64,000 bases of DNA from an uncultured Chloroflexia bacterium (GTDB lineage: Bacteria; Chloroflexota; Limnocylindria; QHBO01), in the NCBI GenBank assembly GCA_963827475.1, contig CAWHAZ010000001.1:1-64000 (forward strand). Direction: 5' to 3'. This document shows, one piece after another, positions 39,011-49,632 of the stretch. How positions within the stretch are numbered: the stretch's first letter is position 1; every line of letters starts with the position of its first letter. The notes beneath the pieces were generated by a model. It ran no database searches, was not told the DNA's origin, and saw only the letters and a list, made by a program, of their open reading frames with translations. The position numbers were made by a program, and so were the translations under genes.

Positions 39011-40144
39011 ATGCGCCGCCTGGTCCAGGGAAACGAGGCGGTGTTCCGGGGCGCGATTGCCGCCGGGGCGTCGTACTACGCCGGCTACCCGATCAGCCCC
39101 TCGACCGAGATCCTGAACATCGCGTCGGGCTGGGCGGCGGAGCACCCCGAGTTCGGGTTCCTCCAGGCGGAGGACGAGATCGCGAGCGCGAACGCGGTCA
39201 TCGGCGCCGCCCTCGCCGGGGCGAAAGCCTTCACCGCGACCAGCGGCCCCGGCTTCAGCCTCATGCAGGAGGGAATCGGCTACGCGCAGAAGGTCGGCGT
39301 GCCGTGCGTGTTCGTCGACGTCCAGCGGGTCGGGCCGTCGACCGGGATGCCGACCATGCCCGGCCAGGGAGATATCGCCCAGGTCCGGTACGGGAGCAGC
39401 GGCGACTACACCCCGATCGCGTTCTACCCGAACTCGGTGCCGGAGGCGTTCACCCTGGCCGTGGCCGCCTTCAACGCCGCCGAGGAGTCGCGCTCGCCGG
39501 TGGTCCTGCTGTCGGACACCTTCGTCGCCCACCTGAACGAAGTCGTGGACCTCGACGAGCTGGAGGCCGGGGTGAGCGCCGCCCCACGGGAGGTCCCGCC
39601 ATTGGCCAGCGAGGTCGCGGAACCACGCTTCTTCGCCGGGGTGCTGATGTACGAGCACGGCCCGAACGCCGGCGAGCCGGCCACCGCCGACGCGGACGAG
39701 TACCTGCGCCAGTTCTACGCGGCGAAGCACCGCCACCAGGAGGTCGCGGACCGATATGCCCTGTACCAGCACGGCTGGAACACTGACGCGAAGACGCTGA
39801 TCATCGGCTACGGGATCGTGTCCCGGGTCGCCGCCCCGCTGGCCCCGGACTACGCGCTGTTCCGGCCCATCCGGATCCACCCCATGCTGACCGATGAGCT
39901 GCGCGCCATCGCCGACCGCTACGACACGATCGTGGCGGTCGAGGCCAACGACGGCCAGTACGCCGACATGGCCGAGCTGGCCCTTCGCCGCGAGGTCAAG
40001 CGCGTGCCGCTGCTCGGGGGGCGGATCAGCCTCGAGGCGGTGAACGCCGGTCTGGAGCGCGTCCTCGGCGACGGCCCGGACGAGCCGCCCGTTCCTCCGG
40101 CGCCCACCGAGCGGGCCGACCGCGCTCCGCTGGGCATCGGTTAG
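39011..40144 (+). CDS. 2-oxoacid:ferredoxin oxidoreductase alpha subunit
   Basis: GYPISPSTE, QAEDEI, ATSGPGFSLMQE, QRVGPSTGMPT. Confidence 0.95.
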   Translation: MRRLVQGNEAVFRGAIAAGASYYAGYPISPSTEILNIASGWAAEHPEFGFLQAEDEIASANAVIGAALAGAKAFTATSGPGFSLMQEGIGYAQKVGVPCVFVDVQRVGPSTGMPTMPGQGDIAQVRYGSSGDYTPIAFYPNSVPEAFTLAVAAFNAAEESRSPVVLLSDTFVAHLNEVVDLDELEAGVSAAPREVPPLASEVAEPRFFAGVLMYEHGPNAGEPATADADEYLRQFYAAKHRHQEVADRYALYQHGWNTDAKTLIIGYGIVSRVAAPLAPDYALFRPIRIHPMLTDELRAIADRYDTIVAVEANDGQYADMAELALRREVKRVPLLGGRISLEAVNAGLERVLGDGPDEPPVPPAPTERADRAPLGIG

Positions 40145-40164
40145 TCAGCGGGAGCTCAGGAAAC

Positions 40165-41243
40165 ATGCCCGAGGCCGCCTTCGCCGAGCTCGACTTCAAG
40201 TCGAAGCTGAAGATGGACCTGTTCCCGACCATCTGGTGCCCCGGCTGCGGGATCGGGACGATCATGATCGAGCTGGCGATGGTCCTCGACGAGCTGGGCC
40301 TGGACCAGTCGAACACGGTGATCGTGACCGGCATCGGCTGCACCGGCCGGATGGGCTCGTACATGAAGTACGACGCGGTCTACACCCTCCACGGGCGAAC
40401 CCTGCCCGTGGCGGAGGCGATCAAGACCGTGCGGCCGGAGCTGAACGTGATCGTGGTCGCGGGCGACGGCGACACCGCGTCGATCGGCGGCAACCACCTC
40501 ATTCACGCCATCCGGCGCAACGCGCGGGTCACGGTCCTGTGCAACAACAACGAGATCTACGGCCTGACCGGCGGCCAGACGGGACCGACGACGCCCAGCG
40601 GGACGAAGACCCTGTCCTCGCCCGGCGGCAACCCGAACACGCCGATCAACCTGCAGGGCATCGTCCGCAGCTCCCCGCACGCGCTGTACGCGCGGACGAC
40701 GGTCTACCACCAGCCCCAGATGCGGACCGCGATCCGGGAGGCGATCCAGCACGACGGCTTCGCGTTCGTCGACATCACCTCGCAGTGCATCGAGAACAAC
40801 GGGCGGCGGATCGGCTTCGCCAACGCCAACGAGATGCTCACCTTCTACCGCAAGACCTACAAGCGGGCGCCCAAGGGCGCGGACCGATTGGGCCCGTTCG
40901 AGCTGGGGATCCTCTACCCGGAGGGCCACGCCGAGTTGACGAACGGCCAGACCGATGGCGCGGCACCCGCGGCCGAGCCGGCGGCGACCGATGCCGGCCG
41001 CTGCGGCGACCGCGGCCACGGATCCGGCCGAAGGCGCCCGGTGGCGACGCCGACCACCACGCGGCCGGGCGCCCATCGGTCAGCGACGACGAGAAGGCGC
41101 GCAAGCGCGCCGAGGCCCAGAAGCGGCTGGCGCTGATGCAGCGCCTCGACCCGGCGGTGAAGCTCCAGGTCGCCAAGGGCGAGCTGACCCTCGCCGACGC
41201 CCTGCGCGCGGCCGGGATCGACCCGGCCGAGCTCGAGTCGTAG
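40165..41243 (+). CDS. 2-oxoacid:ferredoxin oxidoreductase beta subunit with probable C-terminal extension (frameshifted)
   Basis: WCPGCG, GIGC, GDGD...NN TPP motif, YGLTGGQ; the tail continues in the frame of ORF 40236..41243. Confidence 0.9.
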
Positions 41244-41259
41244 GACGGGGAGCGGCGAC

Positions 41260-41826
41260 ATGGCGACCCGCATCGCGCTCGACGGCGTCGGCGGCCAGGG
41301 CGTGCGGCTCATCGCCGGCATCCTCGGCAGCCTCCTCGCCCGGATGGGCAAGCAGGTCACCGTCCTGCTCGACTACGACTCCTCGGTCCGTGGCTCGATG
41401 TCCGACGCGTTCGTGATCTTCGACGACGCCCCGATCGACAACCCGGTCGTCGAGGAGGCCGACATCCTCCTTCGCCTGGCGGACCGGGGGCATCTGCGGA
41501 TCAGCGGCCGCAAAGTCGTCACCGACCTCGGCCTGGGCCTGCCCGGCGACGAGCAGATCCCGTTCGCCTCGCTCGGCTCGGAGCACTTCGGCAAGGAGCT
41601 GTTCGGCAACATGATCGCCCTGGGCCGGCTGCTGAAGCTGGCCGGCATCGAGTACGACGAGGCGGCCATCCGGGACTCCTTACCACGGCGTTACCAGGAC
41701 GAGAACGTGGCGGCCATCCGGTTCGGCTATGACCTGACCGATGCCGAGATCGCCCGACTGGCCGCCGCCGCGCCGCCGTCGCGGTTCGAGATGAACGAAG
41801 CGGCCACGGCGGAGGTGCTTCCATGA
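41260..41826 (+). CDS. 2-oxoacid:ferredoxin oxidoreductase gamma subunit
   Basis: [21 protein letters not shown]. Confidence 0.92.
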   Translation: MATRIALDGVGGQGVRLIAGILGSLLARMGKQVTVLLDYDSSVRGSMSDAFVIFDDAPIDNPVVEEADILLRLADRGHLRISGRKVVTDLGLGLPGDEQIPFASLGSEHFGKELFGNMIALGRLLKLAGIEYDEAAIRDSLPRRYQDENVAAIRFGYDLTDAEIARLAAAAPPSRFEMNEAATAEVLP

Positions 41827-42200
41827 CGAACCGCGACCCGGCGGTCGACTCCTGGATGGCGGCCTACGCCAACCCGAAGAAGGAGGTCGTCGCCCGCGTT
41901 CGCGAAATCGTCCTGGACGCGGATCCGCGGATCACCGAGACGATCAAGTGGAGCACGCCCACGTTCGTGTACCGCGGCAACCTCATGAGCTTCCAGCCCC
42001 GGGCGAAGCAGTTCGCCAGCCTCCTCTTCCACGAGGGGGCGTCGATCCCGGGCGACTTCCCCCGGCTTCAGGGCGGCGGCGACCACGCGCGCTACATGCA
42101 GATCACCGACGCGGCCGACGCGGACGCCGTCGCGGACGAGCTGCGGTCCATCGTGCGCGCCTGGTGCGACGCCCGCGACGCGGCCGCCACCGGGACATGA
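41823..42200 (+). CDS. DUF1801 (YdhG-like) protein
   Basis: [17 protein letters not shown]. Confidence 0.88.
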   Translation: MTNRDPAVDSWMAAYANPKKEVVARVREIVLDADPRITETIKWSTPTFVYRGNLMSFQPRAKQFASLLFHEGASIPGDFPRLQGGGDHARYMQITDAADADAVADELRSIVRAWCDARDAAATGT

Positions 42201-43294
42201 GCCTGGACGTCGCGACCATCCGGGCCGCGCCCAAGGTCCTGCTCCACGACCATCTCGACGGGGGGCTGCGCCCGCGGACGGTCATCGAGCTCGCCGCCGA
42301 AACCGGGTACGCGGCGCTGCCCACGACCGACCCTGACGCGCTGAGCGACTGGTTCTTCCAGGGCAAGCCGGACTCCTCGCTCGAGCTGTACCTCGAGGCG
42401 TTCGCCCACACGGTCGGGGTCATGCAGACGCCCGAGGCCCTCGAGCGGGTCGCCGCCGAATGCGTCGAGGACCTGGCGGCGGACGGGGTGGTGTACGCCG
42501 AGGTGCGCTTCGCTCCCGAGCTCCACGTCCAGCAGGGAATGACCCTTGACGAGGTCGTGCAGGCGGTCCTCGCGGGGTTCCGCCATGGCGCCGAGGGCCG
42601 CGGGATCACGATGGGCCTGCTGCTGAGCGCCATGCGCCAGGCCGCGCGCTCGGTCGAGATCGCGGAGCTGGCGATCCGCCACCGCGACAACGGGGTGCTG
42701 GGCTTCGACATGGCCGGTCCGGAGGCCGGCTACCCACCGACCCGCTACCTCGACGCCTTCCAGCTCATCACCCACGAAAACTTCCATTTCACCCTCCACG
42801 CCGGAGAGGCGTTCGGCCTGCCCTCGATCTGGGAGGCGCTCCAGTGGTGCGGCGCCGAACGCCTGGGCCACGGGGTGCGGATCGTGGACGACATCGCCGT
42901 CCAGCCCGACGGCCACGTGAAGCTCGGTCGCCTGGCGTCCTACGTCCGCGACACGCGCGTCCCGCTCGAGATGTGCCCGACCTCGAACGTCCACACCGGC
43001 GCAGTCCGCTCGTTCGCGGAGCATCCCATCGACCTCCTCCGCCGCCTGCGGTTCCGGGTCACGGTCAACACCGACAACCGGCTCATGAGCGGCATCAGCC
43101 TGACCGATGAGTTCGCCGCCATGGCGCGGTCGTTCGGGATCGGTCTCGATGACATGGAGTGGCTGACCCTGAACGCCATCAAGAGCGCGTTCCTGCCCTT
43201 CGACGGGCGGATCCGGATCATCAACGAGCAGATCAAGCCCGGATTCGCGCGGCTCCGGGCCGCGGCCTCGGCCGCGGAGCTGGTCGTCGGCTGA
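42197..43294 (+). CDS. add: Adenosine deaminase
   Basis: [32 protein letters not shown]. Confidence 0.95.
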   Translation: MSLDVATIRAAPKVLLHDHLDGGLRPRTVIELAAETGYAALPTTDPDALSDWFFQGKPDSSLELYLEAFAHTVGVMQTPEALERVAAECVEDLAADGVVYAEVRFAPELHVQQGMTLDEVVQAVLAGFRHGAEGRGITMGLLLSAMRQAARSVEIAELAIRHRDNGVLGFDMAGPEAGYPPTRYLDAFQLITHENFHFTLHAGEAFGLPSIWEALQWCGAERLGHGVRIVDDIAVQPDGHVKLGRLASYVRDTRVPLEMCPTSNVHTGAVRSFAEHPIDLLRRLRFRVTVNTDNRLMSGISLTDEFAAMARSFGIGLDDMEWLTLNAIKSAFLPFDGRIRIINEQIKPGFARLRAAASAAELVVG

Positions 43295-43308
43295 GCGAGC
43301 CGGCGGCC

Positions 43309-44190
43309 TCAGCCGACGGCAGAGAGCGCGAGGGCGTCGAGGGCGGCGTCGAGACTCGCGGCCTGGGCCGCGGTCAGCGGCCGGAGCGGAGCTCGAACGT
43401 CCGGACGGACCGGAACGCCACGTCGGCCGAGGACGTGCTTGACGGCCGGCACGAAGGGCTGGGCTTCCATCGCCCGCCGCAGGGCGTCGAGGCGCGCCTC
43501 GCCGTTGGGGTCGGGAGCGTCGAGCACGGCTCGCACCTCATCGGGGAACGCCGCCGCGAGGCCGCTGACCGTGCCCACCGCACCGGCGGCGAGGGCGGGG
43601 ACGATGAGCGGCTCCGAACCGACGAGCACGGGCAGGCCGAGCTCGAGATACGGCGCCACGTCCGCCATCGGTGATTCGGAGACCTTCAGCCCGACCAGGT
43701 TCGGCGCGCGGTCGCGGACCGCGGTGATGACCTCCACCGGCAGGGGATAGCCGCTGCGACGGGTGAAGACGTAGACGAAGAACGGCAGCGGGGCGCAGGC
43801 CGCCGCCGCGGCCGCGAGGTGATCGGTCAGCGCCGCCGCATCCAGCGGGAAGTAGGGCGGGGGGATGACCGCCACCCCATCGGCGCCGGCCTCGGCGGCG
43901 TCGGCGGCCAGAGCCACCGTCTCCGCGGTCGTCTGCGCCCCGGCGTGGATGAGCAGCCGGCCCCGGGCAGCGGCGCGGAACGCGCGAGCCGCCGCGCGCC
44001 GCTCCTCGGTCGTGAGCAGGATCCCCTCCCCGGTGGTTCCGCAGCAGAACACGCCGTCCGCCCCGTGCGATTCGAGGAAGGCGACCATCGGCCCGATGGC
44101 CTCCAGGTCCAGCGCGGCGCCACCGTCCCGCAGGGGCGTGGCGGCGGCCACGATCAGCGGCGCATGCCCGAACGACCACGGCAGCGGCAT
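43309..44190 (-). CDS. Dihydrodipicolinate synthase-family aldolase
   Basis: GTTGE, PPYF, GLKVS Schiff-base lysine. Confidence 0.9.
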   Translation of the reverse strand: MPLPWSFGHAPLIVAAATPLRDGGAALDLEAIGPMVAFLESHGADGVFCCGTTGEGILLTTEERRAAARAFRAAARGRLLIHAGAQTTAETVALAADAAEAGADGVAVIPPPYFPLDAAALTDHLAAAAAACAPLPFFVYVFTRRSGYPLPVEVITAVRDRAPNLVGLKVSESPMADVAPYLELGLPVLVGSEPLIVPALAAGAVGTVSGLAAAFPDEVRAVLDAPDPNGEARLDALRRAMEAQPFVPAVKHVLGRRGVPVRPDVRAPLRPLTAAQAASLDAALDALALSAVG

Positions 44191-44263
44191 GGCGCCGACT
44201 GTACCCGAACCTCGGGCGGGGCTCGGCAAAGGGCCGCGGCCATCGGTGTACCATCGGTCAGCC

Positions 44264-44509
44264 GTGACGTACGTGATCGTAGAACCGTGCATCGGCGTCA
44301 AGGACGCCTCGTGCGTGGACGTGTGCCCGGTCGACTGCATTCACGCCACCGACGACGACACGATGTTCTTCATCGATCCCGACGAGTGCATCGACTGCGG
44401 GGCGTGCGAGCCGGAGTGCCCGGTGACCGCCATCTTCGCGGAGGACGCGGTGCCGGAGCAGTGGACCAACTACATCCAGATCAACGCCGACTACTTCAAG
44501 GCCAAGTAG
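44264..44509 (+). CDS. fdxA: 7Fe-type ferredoxin
   Basis: CIGVKDASCVDVCPVDCI, CIDCGACEPECPV. Confidence 0.93.
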   Translation: MTYVIVEPCIGVKDASCVDVCPVDCIHATDDDTMFFIDPDECIDCGACEPECPVTAIFAEDAVPEQWTNYIQINADYFKAK

Positions 44510-44522
44510 CCGAATCTCGCGC

Positions 44523-44835
44523 GTGGCCGTTCGCCTGATCGCCCTCTACGCGACCCCCGAGGACCCCGCCGCTTTCGACGCCCACTACCACGCAGGTCCA
44601 TGCGCCCCTCGTGCGCCAGTACCCGGGCCTCATCGACCTGCGCCTGACCCGGGCCGATGGCGTGGCCGAACGCTCGCCGGACTACTACCTCGTCGCCGAG
44701 ATGACGTTCGACTCGCGGTCCGCTCTCGACGCGGCGCTGGCCTCCGAGGCAGGAGTCGAGAGCGGGCGCGACCTGCGCAACTTCGCCGGGGCGGGGGTGA
44801 CCCTCCTGGTCGTGGACGACGCATCCGGCTTCTGA
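44523..44835 (+). CDS. EthD-family protein (frameshift ~44600)
   Basis: LYATPEDPAAFDAHY / YYLVAEMTFDS...DLRNFA. Confidence 0.85.
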
Positions 44836-44852
44836 CCGATGAGGAGACACCG

Positions 44853-45813
44853 ATGAGCGAGCCGGAAGCCCCGGTCGCGGTCGATCCCGCGACCCTCGAC
44901 TTCGCCCGGATCCGCTACGCCCGTGACGCCGCGACCGCGACCGCGACGGTGACCCTCGACCGGCCCGAGGTCATGAACGCGTTCGACTTTCGAACCCTCC
45001 GCGAGCTGGGCGCCGCCTTCGAGCAGGCGGCCTGGGACGACACGGTGGCGAGCGTCATCGTCACCGGGGCGGGGGACAAGGCGTTCTGCACCGGGGCCGA
45101 TCTCGACGAGCAGGCGGCGATGGGCTCGACCAGCGGGCAGTACTGGCGCTGGATGGGGGCTTTCATCGAGATGCACGACCGGCTGCGGAACATCGGCAAG
45201 CCGGTCATCGCCCGCATCAACGGGGCATGCGTCGGCGGTGGCAACGAGCTCCAGATGGCGTGCGACCTGGCGGTCATGGCCGACGACACGTACATCCGTC
45301 ACGTCGGCCCGGAGCATGGGTCGGTGCCCGCCGGCGGGCGCGACCCAGTGGCTGCCGCTCATCGTGGGCGACCGGCGGGCACGCGAGATCGTCATGCTCT
45401 GCGAGCCGATCCCGGCGGCCACGGCGCTCGAGTGGGGCCTCGTCTCACGGGTCGTGCCCCGGGGCGAGCTGGACGCCACGGTCGCCGAGCTCGCCGCGAA
45501 CCTGCGCCGCAAGCTGCCCGAGGCGCTGCGCTACACGAAGACCCAGCTGAACTGGTGGCGGGACCTGGTCTGGGCCCAGACCGTCACCCATGCCCGCGAC
45601 TGGCTGGCGGTCCACTCCACCGCGGACGAGACCCGCGAGGCGGTGGCCGCCTTCCACGACAAGCGCCCGCCACGCTTCGAGGCCCTCCGCGCCCTGCAGG
45701 CGGGTGGCGGACGGACGTGCCCCGACTGCGGGCAGGGCGGGCTCTCCGCGTACGCCGAGTACTGCGCCGTCTGCGCCGCCCCGCTGCCATCGGTGTTCGA
45801 GAGCATTCCGTGA
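44853..45813 (+). CDS. Crotonase-family ring-opening hydrolase (Oah/BadI/MenB-like) with a C-terminal Zn ribbon (frameshift ~45335)
   Basis: AFCTGAD, GGGNELQMACD, HVGPEHGSVP(A)GGATQWLP, CPDC...CAVC. Confidence 0.8.
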
Positions 45814-46604
45814 CTACGGAGACGCCAACCGAGCCGCTGGTCATCGTCGAGCGCGACGGGGCGCGGAGGATCGCCCTCGTCCGCTTCAACCGCCCCAAGC
45901 AGCTGAACGCGCTCAACGGGGAGGTGATGGACGCCCTGTGCGAGGCGCTCGAGCTCCTCGACCGCGACGAGGGGGTTCGGGCCATCGTGGTGACCGGGAG
46001 CGAGCGGGCGTTCGCCGCGGGCGCGGACATCGGGGAGATGGCCGAGGCCAGCCCGATCGACATGCTGCGCACGAACCGCATCGCCCAGTGGGACCGGGTG
46101 CGGCGGATCAGCAAGCCGATCATCGCCGCCGTCGCCGGCTGGTGCCTGGGCGGCGGCTGCGAGCTGGCGATGGCGCTCGACATGATCATCGCCGGGGAGA
46201 GCGCTCGATTCGGCCAGCCGGAGATCAAGATCGGGGTCATGCCCGGCGCCGGCGGGACGCAGCGGCTGCCGCGCGCCATCGGCAAGTCGAAGGCGATGGA
46301 GCTGATCCTGCTCGGCGAACCGATCGGTGCCGCCGACGCGGAGCGCATCGGTCTGGTCTCCCGGGTCGTGCCCGACGAGGTGCTGGTGGAGGACGCCATG
46401 GCCCTGGCGGCAGAGATCGCCAAGCGCGCGCCGCTGGCGGTTCGGCTGGCAAAGGAATCGGTCAATGCCGCCTACGAGATGAGCCTGACCGATGGCCTGG
46501 CCCACGAGCGGCGCCTCTTCTACCTGCTCTTCGCGTCCGAGGACCAGAAGGAGGGGATGGCGGCGTTCCTCGAGAAGCGGGAGCCCGACTTCGCCGGTCG
46601 CTGA
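45810..46604 (+). CDS. Enoyl-CoA hydratase (PaaF-like)
   Basis: AFAAGADI, GGGCELA, FGQPEI, PGAGGTQRL. Confidence 0.93.
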   Translation: MTTETPTEPLVIVERDGARRIALVRFNRPKQLNALNGEVMDALCEALELLDRDEGVRAIVVTGSERAFAAGADIGEMAEASPIDMLRTNRIAQWDRVRRISKPIIAAVAGWCLGGGCELAMALDMIIAGESARFGQPEIKIGVMPGAGGTQRLPRAIGKSKAMELILLGEPIGAADAERIGLVSRVVPDEVLVEDAMALAAEIAKRAPLAVRLAKESVNAAYEMSLTDGLAHERRLFYLLFASEDQKEGMAAFLEKREPDFAGR

Positions 46605-46630
46605 ACCGATGGCCGAGCGACAGGAGATCG

Positions 46631-47428
46631 ATGACCTCGACTCGGCCGCCCACCGATCCAGCCACTGAGGCGTTCTGGCACGAATTCCTGACGCGCGGCG
46701 ACCCCCGCGAGCGAACGGCGCGGCGAATCTTCAAGCACCTCCCCCACGAACCGCGGTGCCGGATGTGTGCAGCACCCTTCGCCGGCAGTTTTGCGCCGGT
46801 GATGCGTCTCATCGGCAAGCAGCAGGCGGCCGGCAACCCGAACTGGTGCAACTCGTGCGTCACCTTCATCAGTCGCAACCACGGCGGCGCCGAGGTGGAG
46901 ATGTCGATGCTGTTTGCCGACATCCGGGGCTCAACGACCCTGGCCGAGGGCATGACCTCGGCGGCGTTTCACGCGCTGCTGGACAGGTTCTACGCGACCG
47001 CCGCCAGGATCGTGTTCGCGCACGACGGCTTCGTCGACAAGTTCGTGGGCGACGAGGTGGTGGCGATCTTCTTCCCGCTACTGAGCGGCGAGCGCCACGC
47101 GGCGCGGGCGGTGGAGGCGGCCCAAGCGCTGCTGAAGGCCACCGGGCACGCCGATCGCAACGGGCCGTGGGTGCCAGTGGGGGCTGGTGTGCACACTGGG
47201 ACCGTCTGGTTCGGCGCGATCGGCGAGGGCACTCATGTCGAGCTCACCGCCGTCGGGGATGCGGTGAACGCCACGGCCCGGCTTGCCTCCATGGCCGGCG
47301 CGGGAGAGGTGCTCGTCACCGTTGACGCGGCGACTGCGGCCGAGCTCGATCCCGCATTCCCTCGCGAGACGCTCGAGCTGCGCGGAAAGGCGCAGTCGAC
47401 CGAGGTGGTGCGCCTGACCGTGCGCTAG
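46631..47428 (+). CDS. Class III adenylate/guanylate cyclase with an N-terminal Cys4 module
   Basis: CRMC...CNSC; FADIRGST, DKFVGD, GDAVNATARL. Confidence 0.92.
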   Translation: MTSTRPPTDPATEAFWHEFLTRGDPRERTARRIFKHLPHEPRCRMCAAPFAGSFAPVMRLIGKQQAAGNPNWCNSCVTFISRNHGGAEVEMSMLFADIRGSTTLAEGMTSAAFHALLDRFYATAARIVFAHDGFVDKFVGDEVVAIFFPLLSGERHAARAVEAAQALLKATGHADRNGPWVPVGAGVHTGTVWFGAIGEGTHVELTAVGDAVNATARLASMAGAGEVLVTVDAATAAELDPAFPRETLELRGKAQSTEVVRLTVR

Positions 47429-47438
47429 ACGCGGAGGG

Positions 47439-47816
47439 TCAGGCCGATTCGGGGGAAACCATCTGCTGGCAGGCCCAGACGTTGCCGTCAGGGTCGGTGA
47501 AGGTCGTGAACCATCCCCACGGTTGCTTGTCGACCTCGGTCGTCTCCACGCCTCGGCTCCCCAGCTCTCGGCGGACCTCCTCCACCGAGTCCACGACGAC
47601 CTGCAGGCCGGTCTGGGATCCGGGCGCCATGTCGGTGATGCCCGTCCCGATCACGATCGAGCAGGCCGATCCGGGCGGCGTGAGCTGCACGAACCGGAGG
47701 TCGTCGGTGATCCGGTGATCGTGGTCGGCGTTGAAGCCGACCTGGTCGACGTAGAACGCCTTGGCGCGGTCGACGTCCGTGACCGGCACGGCGACGAGTT
47801 CAAGCTTCATGTCCAT
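47439..47816 (-). CDS. VOC/glyoxalase family protein
   Basis: PVTDVDRAKAFY, FVQLTPPGS, DPDGN. Confidence 0.92.
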   Translation of the reverse strand: MDMKLELVAVPVTDVDRAKAFYVDQVGFNADHDHRITDDLRFVQLTPPGSACSIVIGTGITDMAPGSQTGLQVVVDSVEEVRRELGSRGVETTEVDKQPWGWFTTFTDPDGNVWACQQMVSPESA

Positions 47817-47890
47817 GGATGGCAGGTTACCCGGTCGGGCGCTCCCCACCACTCGCGGAAGGGCTGCGGTGCATCGCTGCCTGTCCTCCT

Positions 47891-48079
47891 CTAGCGTCCC
47901 GGCTCGGTCCGCGTGCGCAGCTGCTCGCGCATCACGCCGCGGAGCTGCTTCTCGGTGGCCGAGTCGAATGGGGGAGTCGAGCCGCGCAGGGCCCGCATGA
48001 GCCGCTCGCGGCGCTCGGCCCTCTCGCGTTCGTCGTCGATGCGGTTGAGGTAGTCGTCAGGGTGTTCGACCCAGAACAT
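47891..48079 (-). CDS. Small hypothetical protein
   Basis: 62-aa charged helical ORF divergent from the CGNR regulator. Confidence 0.5.
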   Translation of the reverse strand: MFWVEHPDDYLNRIDDERERAERRERLMRALRGSTPPFDSATEKQLRGVMREQLRTRTEPGR

Positions 48080-48110
48080 CGCCGGTGCCTCGATTCATGT
48101 TCGCGTGCTT

Positions 48111-48170
48111 GCTAACCGGCGTATACTGTATGGCAGTTAGCCCTAACCTGTCAACCGATGTTGGTGGTGA
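48111..48170. promoter_or_regulatory. Tandem TAACC-N17-RGTKA operator-like repeats
   Basis: TAACC 48113...AGTTA 48139 and TAACC 48144...GGTGA 48170, both with 17-bp spacers. Confidence 0.55.
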
Positions 48171-48194
48171 TTGGGCGACACGTGGAGAGGCACT

Positions 48195-48796
48195 TTGACG
48201 ACAACCCCAAACGTTCCGGCGGAGGACGCCAGCAGCCGTCCCCCGGCGCCTGGCGACCTGGAGCTGGTCCGCCAGTTCGTGAACACCTACGACGTCGATC
48301 TGGCGGAGCGGGAAGGGCTCACCGATCCGACGGTGCTCTCGACCTGGCTCGCGGATCGTGGACTCCTGCCCGCCGACCAGCGGCTGACCGATCGCGACCT
48401 GGCTTCGCGCACGGGCCTTCCGCGATGCGCTCCGGGACGTCCTCGCTGCCAACGCTGGTCATGGGGATGGTCCAGCAGCGCGACGGCGCCTCGACCACCT
48501 CGCATCGCACTACCCGTTGCGGGTCCGGATCAACGGAACCGCGCGCCTGGAGCCGGGTCGCGGACAGGGGCGTGGCGCCGGCCATGGGTCGGCTGCTGGC
48601 CACCGTGTACGACGCCATGTCGAGCGGCACCTGGGCCCGGCTGAAGCTCTGCACCAACGACGAGTGCCAGTGGGCGTTCTACGACCACTCCCGCAACCGG
48701 TCGGGGGCGTGGTGCACGATGGCGGTCTGCGGCAACCGGATGAAGGGCCGCGCCTTCCGCCGGCGGCACGCGGAGAGCGACGAGGTGGCTGGCTAG
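48195..48796 (+). CDS. ABATE/CGNR zinc-finger regulator (frameshifted)
   Basis: LVRQFVNT; RLKLC...C.WAFYDHSRN...WCTMAVCGNR. Confidence 0.9.
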
Positions 48797-48805
48797 AATC
48801 GGTCC

Positions 48806-49592
48806 GTGGCCGACACCGACTACGAGACCATCCGCTGGACCGTCGCTGACGGGGTCGGCACCCTCACCCTCAGTCGCCCCGATACGCTCAACGCCCTGAA
48901 CGCGACCATGCGCCGCGAGCTGCTGGCCGCGGTGAAGGGCGCGGGCCGTGACGAGGCGGTGCGCTGCGTGGTCCTCACCGGCGAAGGCCGCGGCTTCTGC
49001 TCCGGCGCGGACCTGCGCGGCGGGGATGGCGAGCGCCAGTTCCGGCGGGTCCTCGGCGCGCGAGTACAACCCGCTCATCACCGCCCTGCGCGAGCTGCCG
49101 AAGCCGGTGGTCGCGGCCGTGAACGGCGTCGCCGCCGGGGCCGGGGTGAGCATCGCCCTCGCCTGCGACCTGGTGTACGCCAGCGAGGATGCCCGCTTCA
49201 TCCAGGCCTTCGTGCGGATCGGCCTCGTGCCGGACTCCGGATCGACCCGAACCCTGGTCCGGACCCTCGGCCGGCACCGGGCAGCGGAGCTGATGTTCTT
49301 CGGGGAACCGATGTCGGCCGCCGAGGCGGCCACGGCCGGGCTGGTCAACCGGGTGTTCCCCGCGACGGAGTTCGCCGATGGGGTGCGCGAGGTGGCCCGA
49401 CGGCTGGCCGCGGCGCCGACGGCGGCCATCGGTCTGGCCAAGCGGTCGATCAACGAGGCCGAGGACGCCGATCTCGCCGCCTCCCTGGCCTACGAGGCCG
49501 CGCTGCAGGACGTGGCCGGGCGGACCGAGGACCACGCCGAGGGGCTCGCCGCCTTCGCCGAGAAGCGCGACCCCCGGTTCACCGGCCGCTGA
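48806..49592 (+). CDS. Enoyl-CoA hydratase/isomerase (PaaG-like), frameshift ~49055
   Basis: [26 protein letters not shown]. Confidence 0.88.
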
Positions 49593-49632
49593 GCAGCTGA
49601 TCAGCAGCCGAGCACGTCGAGCCGATGAGCCG

